DNA of 64,000 nucleotides from Leucoraja erinacea (Eukaryota): contig NC_073401.1 of the NCBI RefSeq assembly GCF_028641065.1, forward strand, positions 20,398,001 through 20,462,000, in the 5' to 3' direction. The stretch's first letter is position 1. Each line of letters starts with the position of its first letter. A model generated the notes under the pieces. The model was not told where the DNA came from, made no database searches, and worked only from the letters and a program-made list of their open reading frames with translations. Positions 35,701 through 50,700 of the stretch are shown one piece after another. Made by a program: the position numbers and the translations under genes.

Positions 35701-38700
35701 TCCTTGTGCTGTACAGCTATAAGTAACTGCGCATGATCTCAGCCGTTGCCATGCTGCAGCATCCACAGCCTCAGCAGAGGTTGAATGAAAATCAGCGACG
35801 GCATCTGTTGAAGCAGGTCAGTCAGCACGTCACTGACAATGCTTTTGACAACCAGGACACAGGTGCTGACACCCGGTGAAGGCTCCTGGCACCCGGAGCA
35901 AGGGACATGCCCAGGAGCACGCCCAGGGGACCCCTGGGTTTGCCCTTTGACCGTCAGAGGCTCTCAAGGACGGACGGTTCCATGACAACCTTTATTCAAC
36001 TGGAGCGCAGGAGTGAGAAAGTGCCCCCAAGACTCACCTGCACTTTTAGGAGGAGTGTGAATGCCAGCCCGCTGTTCCCACCTCGGGCAGTTCGACCAAT
36101 TCTGGAGGGAAAAAAATGATTACAATTCCAAGCAGGAATTTACAAGGAGCGAAGGTTAAATCTAAACGCTGGCAGAAGAATGCTTGGTATATTCAATGGG
36201 AATCAATGAGACTGTCCTAAGCTCAATTTGTGTTAAGGGGCTGTCCCACTTAGGTGACCTAATTGGCGAGTTTAGAAGAGTTTGAAAAAAATGTCATGTT
36301 GAAGACCTCCTTCGACTATGTTGAAGCCTAGCTTCGACTAGTTACGACTAACTTCGGGAAAATTGGACACCGAATAGTGGAGAGTGAAGACGACCTCCTT
36401 TGATCTCCTTCGACTATGATGAAGACTCTACAGCTACCTTCGACTTCCCTAGATTACCTACGACGAGCATGCCGACCTACTACGACTAAACCTACAAGTA
36501 AAAAAAGTATTGATTTTTTCCATGGCGACCTTTTTTTACTCGCGGGCATTTTTCAACATGTTGAAAAATACGCCGCGACCTAGCTGAGGCCTCGAGTACA
36601 CGGGGACTACTCTTGAGCATGAAGGAGAGTTACAAAGACCTCCTATGACCTCGTGTCGACCATGCTGCGAGTATGAGTTGAGGGCAAACACGCCAGAACT
36701 CGTGGATTAGGTCGTCCAAGTGGTCCAGCCCCTTTAATTTCTCCCACGTTTCAAGAAATTACTAATACAAAATACAGGCTATCTACAGGAAGTAGAGATG
36801 CCTTATAGTTGACATCCAGATTAGTCAACAAGTGTAAAGAATTCCTGGATTATTTCGTCATTAGCACTGAGGCCACTTGGTTACTTCCTACCACTGCCAA
36901 AGTCAACAGGCTAATCTTCCAATATTCTCACAGTCCACTATTCAACCCTCCTCAGAAAGCAGGTCAAATCCCCTTGTCTTTCCCAGTCACAAAGTGATGG
37001 AAGATGTCATCAGCTACCAAGTGACCCAGTTGACTTTGGGTTTTGCTAGGGCTCCACATCTCACAAATTCATGCCCAAAACATGGCCTGATCTGTGAAGG
37101 AGAGGAGTACTATTAGATGCGGACTGGAACAGTTTAGCCATGATCACAATGAATGACTGTGCAGGCTGGAGCAATATAGTGGCCTGTTCCTGTTTTCTTA
37201 CGAAGATAGACACAAAAAGCTGGAGTAACTCAGCGGGACAGGCAGCATCTCTGGAGAGAAGGAATGGGTGACGTTTCGGGTCGACACCCTTCATCAGACG
37301 TTTTCTTACCTTCTATTTAATGCTCAGCAGCCTGTCATATTAGGACATCCAATATTGACATTTGCAGGAATTGCATTTTGTATGAAATACTGTTTGGGAT
37401 CATTATTAAAAGACAGCTGTAAGCCGTACTGTGGGTTTTGGCAGTGAGTGAATTGCTCCACAAACAATCATTTTTGTTGTATAATATCAAGGAAGGGGCT
37501 TGAAATCAGGTCAGTGAAATCCACACTGCCATTAGTTCACATCACAGCATCCACTTTCAGTGTTTCTGGGAGGAGAGGAGAAAATTCATATCCGCAAGAA
37601 TACAGAGCTGATCAAAACTAAGTTTAAATTTGACCAACTGTTATTTTGTCTCTGACACAATGAATTGGAAATTACAAATTTCTAATTGGAGATAATGTGG
37701 ACACAGTCCTCCAAAGGTTCTTGCTACTCTCTACTGCCTGTCTCTGAACCTCACTTCCTCCAGCTTTAGAGCTTTCCTGTACGGAACATTCATCTCACAA
37801 TGGAACATCTCATAATGCTTTCATCCACCTACATCTTGTTTTCCAGAATTCTTGCCTTTTCCTTAAAAGCACATCATTACTAATCCTATCTCTCCCCATT
37901 CTAGCTGCCGCTTGGCTTGGCTTCTCAGATCTCAAAACTATGGGATGTTTCCTCCAAGAAAGATGCTTCAAAAATACAAGGTGGTTAAATTTTCAACAAC
38001 AAAAGAAAAAGCCTGCTCCATAACATACTTGATTTGTGAACTGAAAGATAAACAGCTTCAGGTCCAAGTTGCGCAATTCATCAGTGGGAGATGTTCAGCA
38101 GCCAGGCACATCCTTTCTAAACTGAGCCAGTCCTTATTGTGTCCAGCTAATTACATTTTCCTACTTTACATAATTGCCACAAGTTGGTTTTCTTGCCATC
38201 TTTATTTGTTGTGTCTAAACTTAATTAGATGAAGGGAAAGATGAGGTGACGGCAAGCAGGAAGATTGAAGCAGGGAAGGACAAGGAACCGCTGATTACCT
38301 GTGGATGTATGTCCGGATGAAGTGTGGAGCATCGTAATTAATCACACATGTGACATTGCTAACATCAATCCCCCTGGCAGTTGCATCGGTGCTGATCAGT
38401 CTGAGGGAAACAAAGCAATAAAAATTATCCACCAGAGATAGAAGACGTGACACCAATCTCCAATTGCAGCAGTAAGTGACACATGCACTCTGGTGATCCT
38501 GTGCAACCCCAGCCATGTGCGCATGCAATCAGAAGTGCCAGACACCAAGTGTAACATGATACGCATCCACTCACAGACACTGCAAGAACTTTACAGATGC
38601 GTTCTTACATTTGTAGCTTTCCTTGTTCAAACTGTTTCAGTGTTTTTCGTCTTTCATTGGGTGATAGTCTGGAAGAAAACTCTGCCACATGAATACCACC

Positions 38701-41700
38701 AAAGGCATGAAGTAACAGGAACAACCTATAAAACACAAGAAACAACTGTCACATACTTAACTCTGGAGAACAAGGAGATGAATTACAATCATCCTGTTGA
38801 TCTTATGTAACAAGTAGGCAGCACATAAGTCCACTGTCCTGGCCCACACCAACGCAGCTTGCACCCCCGGCCCCAGCCCATGCAGCTCTGGCCTGTAGTT
38901 CAGGAGATGACACACTGAAAATTACATTTTAAACAAAAATTAGAAACTTAATGGGAAAAAGTTTTCAACCTGTGAGATGCATCTCTGGAGTTGGTGAAAC
39001 AGAGGATTCGACCGAACTTCATTATCAGGGCAAAGTAGAGGATTATCAGAGGCTTCTTGTTGAGCTGACATGGGACATAAAACTCCTGCAGGGAAGAAGA
39101 AATGCATTCTTGAAGAATATTCATAATTTGATATCAAATATAAACTGTCTTAAATATTTTCTCCATAGAAGCCTTGCCTCTGACTAACATTGTGATAGAT
39201 GTAGCATGGGAGATAGAAAAGTAGCTTAAACTAAACATCACTTCTTTGGTTATATTCAAAAACAATACCAGAAAAGAAAACCTTACACAATACGTGCAGG
39301 AAGGATCTGCAGATGTTGGTTTAAGCCAAAGATAGACACTAAATGCTGAGGTACCAGACACCAAGTGTAACATGGTACCGCATCCACTGAAGCAAGGTCT
39401 CGACACCAAACGTCACCCATTCCTTCTCTCTAGAGATACTGCCTGTCCCGCTGAGTTACTCCAGCATTTTGTGGCTTAAACCATTGAATAGGAAACCGAG
39501 GGGCAACTTTTTCATACAGAGGGCGATTGGTATATGGAATGAGCTGCCTGAGGATATAGGTGAGGCAGGTACAATAACAACATTCAAAGGACATTTGGAC
39601 AGGGATAGTAATGGTTTAGAGGTACATGGGCCAAAGACAGACATATCGGCCAAGCTTAGATGGGCTTCTTGTTGGGCATAGACGGGGTGGGCTAAAGGCC
39701 CATTTCCATACTGTGTGATGTTATGACTATGACAAGCAGGAATTTAGGCTTATGTGTTTTTCCAGGTTCTGGCAAGTTCTTCACTCCAACTACTTCAGAC
39801 AAAGCGACAAATCGTACCTTTCCACCTAATCCTTACTGTATTAGTACTTTGCCTGTTGATCTGAAGGGTGGAGCCTTCTGCTGCACAAACTTTACATTGC
39901 TCACAGGTGATATGCCCCCACGGCAATCTAATTGAATGTAACACACCCATCACGAGTAATGGCAAAACTCTGGGAACATGCAACAGGTAAAAATAATAAC
40001 ATATAAATTATGTCTGGAACAGAACAAATTCCTTTAACATAGGATCACCCAGTACTTTGACCAACACCCATCCGTTGTCAAATCAAGTTAGTTACATTCG
40101 TCAAGAGTTATACACAAATCCCCACACCTTCATTTAACCCAAAATGATACAACTAAAGCATTTGAATGAAAGACAGCCGACATGTGCATGTCTAACCCTA
40201 ACCCTAACCCACTTACACACCACTTTCTCTATCTCAATTTCCCTTCAGGAAATGACTAAAAAACTTCAACTCTGCCAGGAACCAAAGTATGATTGCAGAT
40301 TTCTCCCTGTATCTTACTGCTTGCAAGTGAACAAAAGTGTGTTGAGCCAAACTCCTGATAACCTGTTGTGCTGTCGAGATGGCGAGCACAAGTCTGCTGC
40401 CATTTATACACAAACGGTCACCGAGTCTATGCTTTGCCTCACCATGCACAAATCTACGTCAGTTGTTTCCATATTTCCATTGATTGTATGCCAGTTCCCA
40501 CAGTATTCTTATTCCACACAGATTTTCCTTGTAATTTATTCTCCCAACATTCCCATGAACTCCCATGTTCCATTCCATTCAGATTCGACCACTTACCTAC
40601 GCACGAGGTGCAATCGACAGTGACCAGTTATTCCACTAACTTTGGAATGCAATAAGAAACTGGAGCACCCGAAGGAAACCAAGAGTCACAGAGAAAATGC
40701 AAATTCCACGCACAGAGCATAAGAGGTCAAGATTAAATTGATAGAAACACACAATTCAAGATAACAGGGGCAGTAGGACACTCAGTGCCTCAAGTCTACC
40801 CACCATTCAATATGATCATGGCTCATCTTCCCCAGGCCACAGCCCCCCTCTATGCCTGCCTTCAGTTTTCCAATCTTTCAAAAACTTGTTTAACTCCACT
40901 TTAAAAACTTCTAATACGCAACCTCCACAGGTCATGGTGCACAGCATCCCAGAGATACATCATTCTCTGCAAGGAAATTTCTACATATAGGCCATTCCCG
41001 GGTTATAAATGCCTGACTTATCCCATGCAAACAAATGAGCTCCCATATTATTAAATTAAAAACATCGACGTACCTATATGTGTACCTACAAACAACAAAA
41101 CTAGTTTCCTTTCTCTCACTTTTAGTAATTGTTCTTTCGTATCAGTGTTATGTGCTTTAGGTGCCATTCGTTAAAATACTGTGGAAATATGGTTACCATA
41201 TTGAGTGATTTATGTATATTTTCCAAATGTAACAACAAATTCAACTTATAGACCGTTAAAATGTGACTCATTGATTACCCAAGAACTGCTTGTACTTGGT
41301 TTTAATGATCAACTTCTTACTTTGCAACTGCATCATCTTATTTGAGATTGCCCCCAGGAGTGAAAACATCTCTTGTCAAACCTCTTGAAGAACTTGCTCT
41401 TCGATAAGATCACCCCTCATTCTTCTAAAGTCCAAAGAATACAGGTTCAACTGATAGCCTCTCTTGATCGGACAGGATTCGCCAGATGAATCTCCTTTGG
41501 ACTGCATCCAAAGCTGCAATATCCTTTCTTAGATAAGGGAACCAAAACTATGTAGTGCTCCTGGCCTCACCAACACTCTGTACAATTGTCATAAAACGTT
41601 CCCATTTCTAAACATTAACTCCTTTGCAGTGACAGCCAATGCACCAATTCCCCTCTTAATAACTTGTAGCACATGATTGCAGGCTTTTTTGTGATTCATG

Positions 41701-44700
41701 CACAAGATCACCCAAATCCCTATTTACTTCACTCATTCCTCTTGCATCACCTTGTGTCTCATGCTTAGTTTAAGTCTTTCCAAAGCATTGACTTAAAGGT
41801 TCACGAGTCAAATCTCTCATCCCACAGGAAGAATTCAATGGTCTTTGGAGTGGTTTGACTCATAATTTTGCTCTGAAATTCAGCCAAATTGGTGGATCAA
41901 ACGAAAACTGCAAAGATGATCATGAACTTCAACTTCCTGTCACTCTATACCCACCCTGATCTCGTCTCTAGTAGAACATAATGTGCTACAGTGACTCAGC
42001 TGGTCAGGCAGCATCTCTGGAGGACATGGATGGGACATGTTGGGTCGGGACCCTTCTTCCAGAGGAGAACTTCTTTAAAGTAAGCATATTTAGAGGAGAT
42101 TTGTATCTTCCTTAATCTATCTCTGTAAACTCTGAATCCTACATTCCCGATGCACCAGGCTTCAATGCACGAGCACAATCTTAGATTGATTGAGGAAGAG
42201 GACGCTGGAATAACTAAACTTCAAATTGATGGTTTACTGGCCAGTGATTATCCTGTCTCCTACATGTTTCTAAGACCCGAGCCCACTTAATCCAGACTGA
42301 AATAGGAAATCCAGATACAGTTTGAGAGTGGATACCTTGGGTCCAAAACTATTGTCCTCAATTTAAAATAAGGGCAATTATCAAGTTATTAGGGAATAGC
42401 TGTCCAGAAAACTTTGTCCAAAGTGGGAAAATAAGCACAAGGAAAGGTCAGTAAATGAGCAGTGGCAGAGAATAAGCAGTACTCTGCAGACATTTATCCC
42501 AATTATAGATTAAATGAGAAAGATGATTAATCCATGATTGATAAAAGAAATTAAGGAAAATATCTCCTTAATTCTGCATGGCAAAACCTTATGTTTGATA
42601 AGATGAATGGGAAGTTTTCAAGAATCAACATTAAGAGGCTAAAACGTTAGTAATGAGGGAGAAATAATGTGAGAAAATTGCAAGTGATATCATAACAAGT
42701 AACTAGAACTTCGATAGCTATATAAAAAAGGGCAGCTAATGTAATCGAGAGACTGGAGAATTCATATGTGGAAACTAGAAATGGCAAATAATTTAAACTG
42801 ATACTTTAGTTGAGGCTGGGACTATCCCATCATTTAAGAAACAGTTGGACAGGTACATGGATTGGACAGGTTTGGAGAGTTATGGACCAAGCATAGGCAA
42901 GTGGGACTAGGGTAGCTGGGAGATTGTTGACTGGTGTGGGTGAGTTGGGCCGAAGGGCCTGTTTCCACTCTATGTATTACTCTATGACTCTAACCTTTAT
43001 CCATCCTGTGTCTCCATTCCTCAATAACAATGGCAAGGTGAAAAGCATGGAGATTCTATTATTTATATCCTGGCTGGTTTTTACCCCTTAGCCTCTGTCA
43101 CCCAAATAAATCATCTGTTAAATAACAATACTGTCTGTAAAAACTACATTGCCTTTGGAGCATATCGAGGTCCCATTTAGTTGTGATAGGTTTTATGCAA
43201 TTCTCTCCATAATTGGAAGCTGTGACTACATACCGTCAATCCCTCAGGCAAGGCGTACTTTTTTTCGACAGAACTAGTTGATGGCTGCTGCTCGCCTCGG
43301 GTCACAGTTGATTCCTGCTCCTGTGATGTGTAATTGGCAGTGAAGAGCCGTGGCTGGTGCAGCACCAAACGTTGCAACTTCTCCGAATCCTTGGTGAGAG
43401 TGGCAGAGAACAGCAGCTTCTGCAGGGGCATCTGCAAGCGGGAATGGCTGTGGAATGAACCTCAGGTTACTAAGTATGAAAACAGAAATAGAAAGAAAAG
43501 ACAATAAAAATAAAGAGGTGATGATATCACAGGGCTTCAGCATAGCTACACCAATGACTATTAATACTGTTGCTGCTTGGTCACATGGAGGCATTCTTTT
43601 CATTCACAAACTACACTGCAATGAAAGAAATGGGACATTTTAAAGTGATTCTTTTGCATGTCATTCGTCGTGAAGTTTAAAACAACAGTAACCCATTTGC
43701 TCAAGTATTTAAAATGCCCTTCACTTTAATTAAACCTATCAACTTTATTCTGGATATTTTATCAGATAAACAACCACAAGCTTCATGTAATCCGGTGCAT
43801 TTTTAATAACCTGTGCCTGTTTATCAAATAAATTATGTTGAAAGGCAATTCAGAGAAAGATTTCAAATTATTACCATTGTTATTCTCATCACAAATTCTA
43901 AACCCAATTGTTCTGTTTTGCATAATAAAAGTAAAACCAAAAGAGCTGAAATTTTTAAAATTGTGTGTCCAATAAAAATGTAACTTTTCCAATTCATCCC
44001 AGAGTAAAGTAATAAACTAAACTAATGCTCTCAGATAAAAGGCTTAATAATCTTCTCTCGATAAGAGCAAACTTGTTGCCATAGGTCAATTGCTAATATT
44101 TACTCTTCAATAATCATCACTAAAATAGTTTATCTGGTTAGTACCACATTTCTGTTTGCTGGAGTTCTGTGCATCTAAATGAGTCCCTGTGTTTCTTGCA
44201 TTACAAAAATGACTTGACTTACAAACCAGTGTTTCACTTCTTGAAATATGCTTTAGTGTATCCTGATGTCACGAAGGTGCTATAGAAATGCAACCACTTC
44301 CTCTTTAAATCTTCTTCTTGCATATGGCGTGCACAGCCTAAAGTTGTAGGACAACTTGTTCTTTTTTATCTTATTTGTTTGTGCACGCCGGGTTGATTGC
44401 ATTTGTTTAAACAGGGCGGACCATGTGAAGGTTGCAATCTCCCACCCCTTCTCTTTAAATGAAGCAAACCTGTTCATTGTGTTGCTGACTATAGATGTTA
44501 AACAAATGTGGAAATTCACTACAACGTGGATGCCCAAATAATAATAAATGCAATGACTACAGTATAATTAACAGATCCTCAGATCTTAGTAAACTTAATG
44601 AAACACATATACTTGTTGAGTCAACAAATTGAATGAACTAGGGTGTAATCAGTTTCAGGAAATATGATACATACTTCACCTTTCCCCACTGGGCATATTA

Positions 44701-47700
44701 GGATGTGTCATAATTTGTGTATTTAGTTTCCATAGAGATAAAACTGCAGAATTTCCACTAAAGCAGGTACGGGATACTGAGTTGGATGATCAGCCATGAT
44801 CATATTGAATGGCGGTGCAGGCTCGAAGGGCCGAATGGCCTACTCCTGCACCTAATTTCCATGTTTCTATGTTTCTAAACATTTCAACGGCAGAAATGAA
44901 TAGTAAGTTTCAGAATTAAAATAACATCATTAGACAGTAGCTGTGTTGGATAAAAAACTATCACCTGATGCACACCAGTGTCAGTCATGCAACAAACCCA
45001 CCCAAATTAGGTCTAATAGTCTGTGATTCAGTTTCCCCGTCATGATTTCTCACAATTGACTACAGAGAATGGAAATGAAGAAGCTATAGCTACACACTTT
45101 CATGTGGCCTAAAGATGCCAAACTGTTATTCAAACTTTTAAATTCTGTACAGATTACTGGTAGCTAATTTGGAAAACAAGGTTGGCCATAGGTCCCTCAA
45201 AAGATCAATTTGCACTGTAAAACATGAAGGAAGCAACATGAGGTTTAATTCTACGAGTCATGAATTCAGGATATAATAGAAAATAGCATTGATTTCTCGA
45301 AGCAGTTTGAGTGTGGATATAATTCAAGTCTTTAATGCAAAGGGCCTGTCCCACTGTACGAGGTAATTCAAGAGTTCTCCCGGGTTTCCCCTGATTCGAA
45401 CTCGGAGAATGACGGTAATAGCCGCTCGTAGGTACTCGGGGTTCTCGTGGACATTTTTCAACATGTTGAAAAAACTTCACGAGCTTTCCGCGTTTACAGA
45501 GTACCTGCCGTTAGCGTTACGAGCCGCTAAGTGACGTCGGAGCTCCGACGTACCCGCTACGTACTTACCACGAGTTTGATTTATTTTTTAACTCAGGAGA
45601 GCTCTTGGGTAAACTCGTATAGTGGGACAGGGCCTTTAAGGAATAACTTGGGTACAATGGTCAACTTCGATTATGCTGGCGCAGAGCAGAGCAGAGAAAT
45701 GAAAACCACCTAACCAAGCAAACATGCTTTAAGCCTTTCTCTCTGGGATGTTAAGGAGACAAAGATACTCAGTAAATACAAGCAAGAATTTAATTGTCCT
45801 ATCTGGGACACATGACAATAAAACTCTCTTGATTCTTGTTATCATAGCAACTAACTTTCAAAAACAATTTGGCGAAGGTGTAAAGTGGAAATAGATGACT
45901 AAATCAAAAGACCCAAAGGCAAAGGAAAACAACAAATTACTTCAGGTGGAAGGATAATGATACGTTCTGATTACATGCATGAAGTTAAACTTCATTCAAC
46001 ATTTATGAACAGGATAGAGCCCTAGAAATATGGATTTTTCCAGGTCTGTGGGAAGAAGAGATTTAAAGAGCTAACTAGCCTTTAATCTTTATATCTGCAT
46101 TATATTCTGGCTGTTTCATTACAGTGGGAAAGGACAAATTAATGCCAACCACTTTACTTTTTTTTTTTAAAGTACAGGATACTTTTTCAAAATAAAAAAA
46201 CAATTTGCTTTTAAACCCAACTATGCACCCCAAGCCCTCAGCTGGAGAATGGGAAGGGTCTTGTAGCTTTACGCCCGAGATTTGTTGCACAGTGGAGGGT
46301 GACAAGAACAAGATTCTGCAATTGATTTGAGTCTATACAGAGTCTTCAACAGAAATGGGCAGAGAAATGGCAGATGGAGTTTAATCTAAGCATGTGTGAG
46401 GTTTTGCACTTTGAGTGATCAATTGTAAGGGGAAAATATACAATTAATGGCATGACCCTCAGTAACATTCATCTACAGATTAATCTTGGGGTCCATCCAT
46501 ATTCCCTTGAAAGTGGCAACACAAGTACAGAAGTGGTAAAGAAGGCATATGGTATGCTTGCCTTCATAGGTTGGGGCATAGAGTATAATAGCCATGATGC
46601 AGCTTTGCAGGTCATAGATTAGGCCACATTTGGAATCCTGTGAACCCTAGTTTCAACAGACTCCTTGATAACGGATTTTGTTAATACAGCGGACAGACCA
46701 ATGACTCGCACCGCCTCCGCGGCCGCTTGGAGCACGGACTTCCGAGGGCCTCGGCCCAACTCACAAGGTGCACCAGTGAACCCTCCTTTGGCCCGAGTAT
46801 AAAATCCTATTTTTAATCACAGGAGCTTCTCTCACAAGGATATGCTGCCTTCTACCCGCCCCACTGCCCTAGGGAACCCATTTTGCTCCTGTACCAGCTC
46901 CATCCACTGCCCCAACGCTATCATTAACGGCCAGCTCAGCCACAAACCCTACCTTACAGCCGTGCAGACTCCTGGCTCCACTCTTTGGAACAGGGCATCT
47001 GCCGCTGAATGTCCATCTACTTTGTACACGGCCTTCACCACCTGGTTCAGCCAATTGTGGTGCATACTGTCAATCATCCGATCTGCTTCATCAATAATCT
47101 GTAAAGCAACCACACAATAGATTACTAGCCTTAATCCTTGCATTTATCTTGTCTGTGATCTTTGACACACTGCTGCAAGACAGGGAAATGCTTTATTTTG
47201 AATCATTCTTCAGGACAAACGCATGCACTGCTGTTATCCAGACAGAAGCCGATGTCAGGTATCAGATGAAAATCACAAGTGATGTTTCTCATAATCAAAC
47301 TTTCAACAACCTCAAGTCACATGAACACTGGAAACTTTGGGGAGAAAGTGGGAGAGGAGCATTTGTGAATTGATCAGCTGGATCTGTTATGCTTTCACAA
47401 GAGGAAGACGAAAGTTGCAATTATTGAGAAACATCAGCCAAGAACTTGGGTCACTTACCAGGTATCGGAGATGTTGCAGACTAAATCCTTCTGTTTTGTT
47501 TATGTGGTCAACCAGTCGCCCTGGAGTTGAAATGACAATATCCGCCAAGCTGCGGTAACCCACAATCCTATAGCAAGGAAAGTAGGAAAAGGGCAGTAAG
47601 GAATCTCAAGTCCTCAATGATAACATTGCAACTACAAGCACAAGTTCATCAGACAACAGGAGCTATCAATGTTATTAAAACCCATAGCCTTTTCTAAAAC

Positions 47701-50700
47701 AAAAATGGAGTAAACTAATGAAGCAAAGTTGGGAATTCAGGTTAACTAGATTTATATCCCTGTTCACCTTCAGGATATTATTATCACCCGGTGCTTCTAG
47801 CTCTTTACTCAACTAAGTACCTCCGGATTCAGAACACTTACTTCCAGAGGACATTCTATTCTTCTTAATAACATTGACCTCCTTCACCCCTATCCAGGTA
47901 TATCTGTTTGCACTCTACTGAGTCATTTCTGATCAGAATTTCGGTGTTCTCTCCGTCAGCCTTTCATTCTTTACTTTACTGTAAACCTCAGCACACCAAA
48001 CCTCAGCTACTCTGTCCTACCAAGTCCAAAAGACCTCCACTGCCACCCAGACAAATCCCGACATCTCAACTTTGACTCATCACCTTTCAACGATTACCCC
48101 TACTTTCTCTCTAACCTTCTGTACTTCTACAATCCTCAGAGAAAACTGCAAAACTGCATNNNNNNNNNNNNNNNNNNNNNNNNNNNNNNNNNNNNNNNNN
48201 NNNNNNNNNNNNNNNNNNNNNNNNNNNNNNNNNNNNNNNNNNNNNNNNNNNNNNNNNNNNNNNNNNNNNNNNNNNNNNNNNNNNNNNNNNNNNNNNNNNN
48301 NNNNNNNNNNNNNNNNNNNNNNNNNNNNNNNNNNNNNNNNNNNNNNNNNNNNNNNNNNNNNNNNNNNNNNNNNNNNNNNNNNNNNNNNNNNNNNNNNNNN
48401 NNNNNNNNNNNNNNNNNNNNNNNNNNNNNNNNNNNNNNNNNNNNNNNNNNNNNNNNNNNNNNNNNNNNNNNNNNNNNNNNNNNNNNNNNNNNNNNNNNCA
48501 ATGAAAACTTTCCTGAACCTATACATTCCTGAGACACAAATCCATTTCTCTGCTACTTATATTGGAATTTCAGAATTTTACTGTCAGTAAAATATCTCAA
48601 AATAAACATGCATTAGTTAGAAATACTTACGAATGCTCAACAAGGGAGGACTGCTCCATAGCAAATGTTTTTTGTCCAGCAACGATCACTACTCTTAAAT
48701 CCATGCCTTCAACATAGGTATTGAAAATTTTAAACACCTGAAGATGATAATCATTTAAATAAAGGGAATTGAATTATTTGCATTTTTAATATTAATCATT
48801 TGATATCATGGGAGGTTTCTTAAACTCCCGTCTTATCAATCTCTCCATAGGGAATTAGCACACATGGAATGTGCAGTTGTGAACAGATAAAATAGCAAAC
48901 ATTCATCAAGGAGACTGAGATGACTGGTGGTGACTATTCTTTTGACGTCACTTGTGGAAAACATAAAAGCATCCATCTGGCCCTGTTAAAGCAGACATTC
49001 AACAGTTGGAGCTGCTTACACCACCCGAATAACCCACCTAGCCAAACGTTGCCACTTACAAAAGCAGACTTCCTAATCTGGAAAAGCTGGTCAGTGCCTT
49101 TAGGTTGAATTACTATGTTTTCATGCAGACATCCACAGTAGGTAGCTCCTGTAAACTACTTGCAGATTTATTTGAAGAAACCAAACAACAGAAAACCAGC
49201 AACTATATTGGAAAGTGCAACAAGTTCAATTGTTGTACCCTTTCCCGTTGACAAATTCAATGAGTATGGGAAGAACTAAATTTTATGAAGCAACCATTTA
49301 TATTTTTCCCCCCCTGACAATATTCTGTTCCCTTTCCTTCCTGGGCCATTCATCACTTGACTGTGGTGATCAGAGGTCTCCAGGTACACGACAGAGCTTA
49401 GATAATTGTTGTTCACTTTGGAACTTTGCTCCGAGCTTTTTGCAAAGACATGGGCAAGCTTTGAAATTCTAACCCATACCTTTCCCCACTCTGTCATAGA
49501 TTGGGATATAAAAAATACTAGCTGTTTGACGATCCCCACATACAGCTTGTTAAAACAATGTGCAAATCCCATTGCTTTCATGTTTCTGTAAAACAATTGC
49601 AAAGGAAATGAGCTGCATCTTTTCTTTACCTGTTGAGCCAGTTCTTTTGTGGGAAGTAGGGCCAGGGCTCGAACTCTGCACACGGAACAGTCCATCAAAG
49701 CCTGTAAATGTAGCCAAAGTTTATTCGGAAGTGCTGTACTGAATCAACACATATGACGAATTGCATTCTATGATCCTTTCTGGCAACTTCAGAACTTTCT
49801 AAAGCCACGGAAATACTTATGAAAAACTTGAACTGTTGTCACTGTCAGAATCTAGGTAGCCATTTAGCACATAGCATGATCTACAGATGGCAGTGATTAT
49901 GATTAAATATTTTTTGCCACAGTTAAGCTCATTGAGGGATACATATTGCCCATAATTTAAAGTGAATTTTGCTCTTCACCCCATGTTGTTTCACGGTATA
50001 CTTTTACACACAGTTAAGGTGTCAGATAATTTTCATTTAATTAGCAGTGATGTAAAATTGTGTTCTCAGATCTCTGGATCAGTTCTTGATTCCACAACCA
50101 TTGGGTGCACAGGCAAGTGATATCTGCTCGGCAGTGTATCTGGATCAGCTAGAACCTCAGATCATTGTAGGATGTTGTTTACAACACAATATGACCTGCA
50201 GTGTTGCAATCAGCTGGCAAGCAATTATTTTTAATTTGCTGCTCTCTGTTTATCACAGTATCACATCAGTCAGCTAAACACCAAAACCTGCAGACCAAAC
50301 AGGATTTTCAGTTCAACATCCTTTCTGATATCTACTGCCAACATTCCTTGGAATGCTGCCATAAAAAAAAAGCAATATTTCATGTTGGCACATTACCTAC
50401 AGCGAACATCAAGGTTTTGATGTTTTAAAGTATGTTTTTTGTGTTTCTTTGTGTGTTTTGTTATGGGGGGTGGTATGGGGGGGTTGAGGGGGAAACCGTT
50501 TTGGTCGCCTCCTCCACGGAGAGGCGACTTTTTCCAGGTCGCCTCCCCCGAGGCCTAACAGCAAGGATCGGCGTGGACTTTCCCGAAGACGCGCCCGGGG
50601 CTTTAGCGGCGGCAGCAGCGTGGAATCTCGGCGTGGAGCAGGCAAGCACTCCCTGCGGCTCGCCGGAGGGGAGTGCTCCGATTCGTTGGCCCGCGGCTGC

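Noticed and set aside
36300-36500. Short recurring cttcgacta motifs suggestive of a CRISPR-like array
   Set aside because: Irregular degenerate repeats inside a MITE in a vertebrate intron; no constant repeat-spacer period and no cas genes.
48072-48590. Long ORFs spanning the N run, and the idea that a DDX51 exon is hidden in the gap
   Set aside because: The ORFs are artefacts of N translation. The expected exon ([23 protein letters not shown]...) is found at 48737-48631 and joins in phase.
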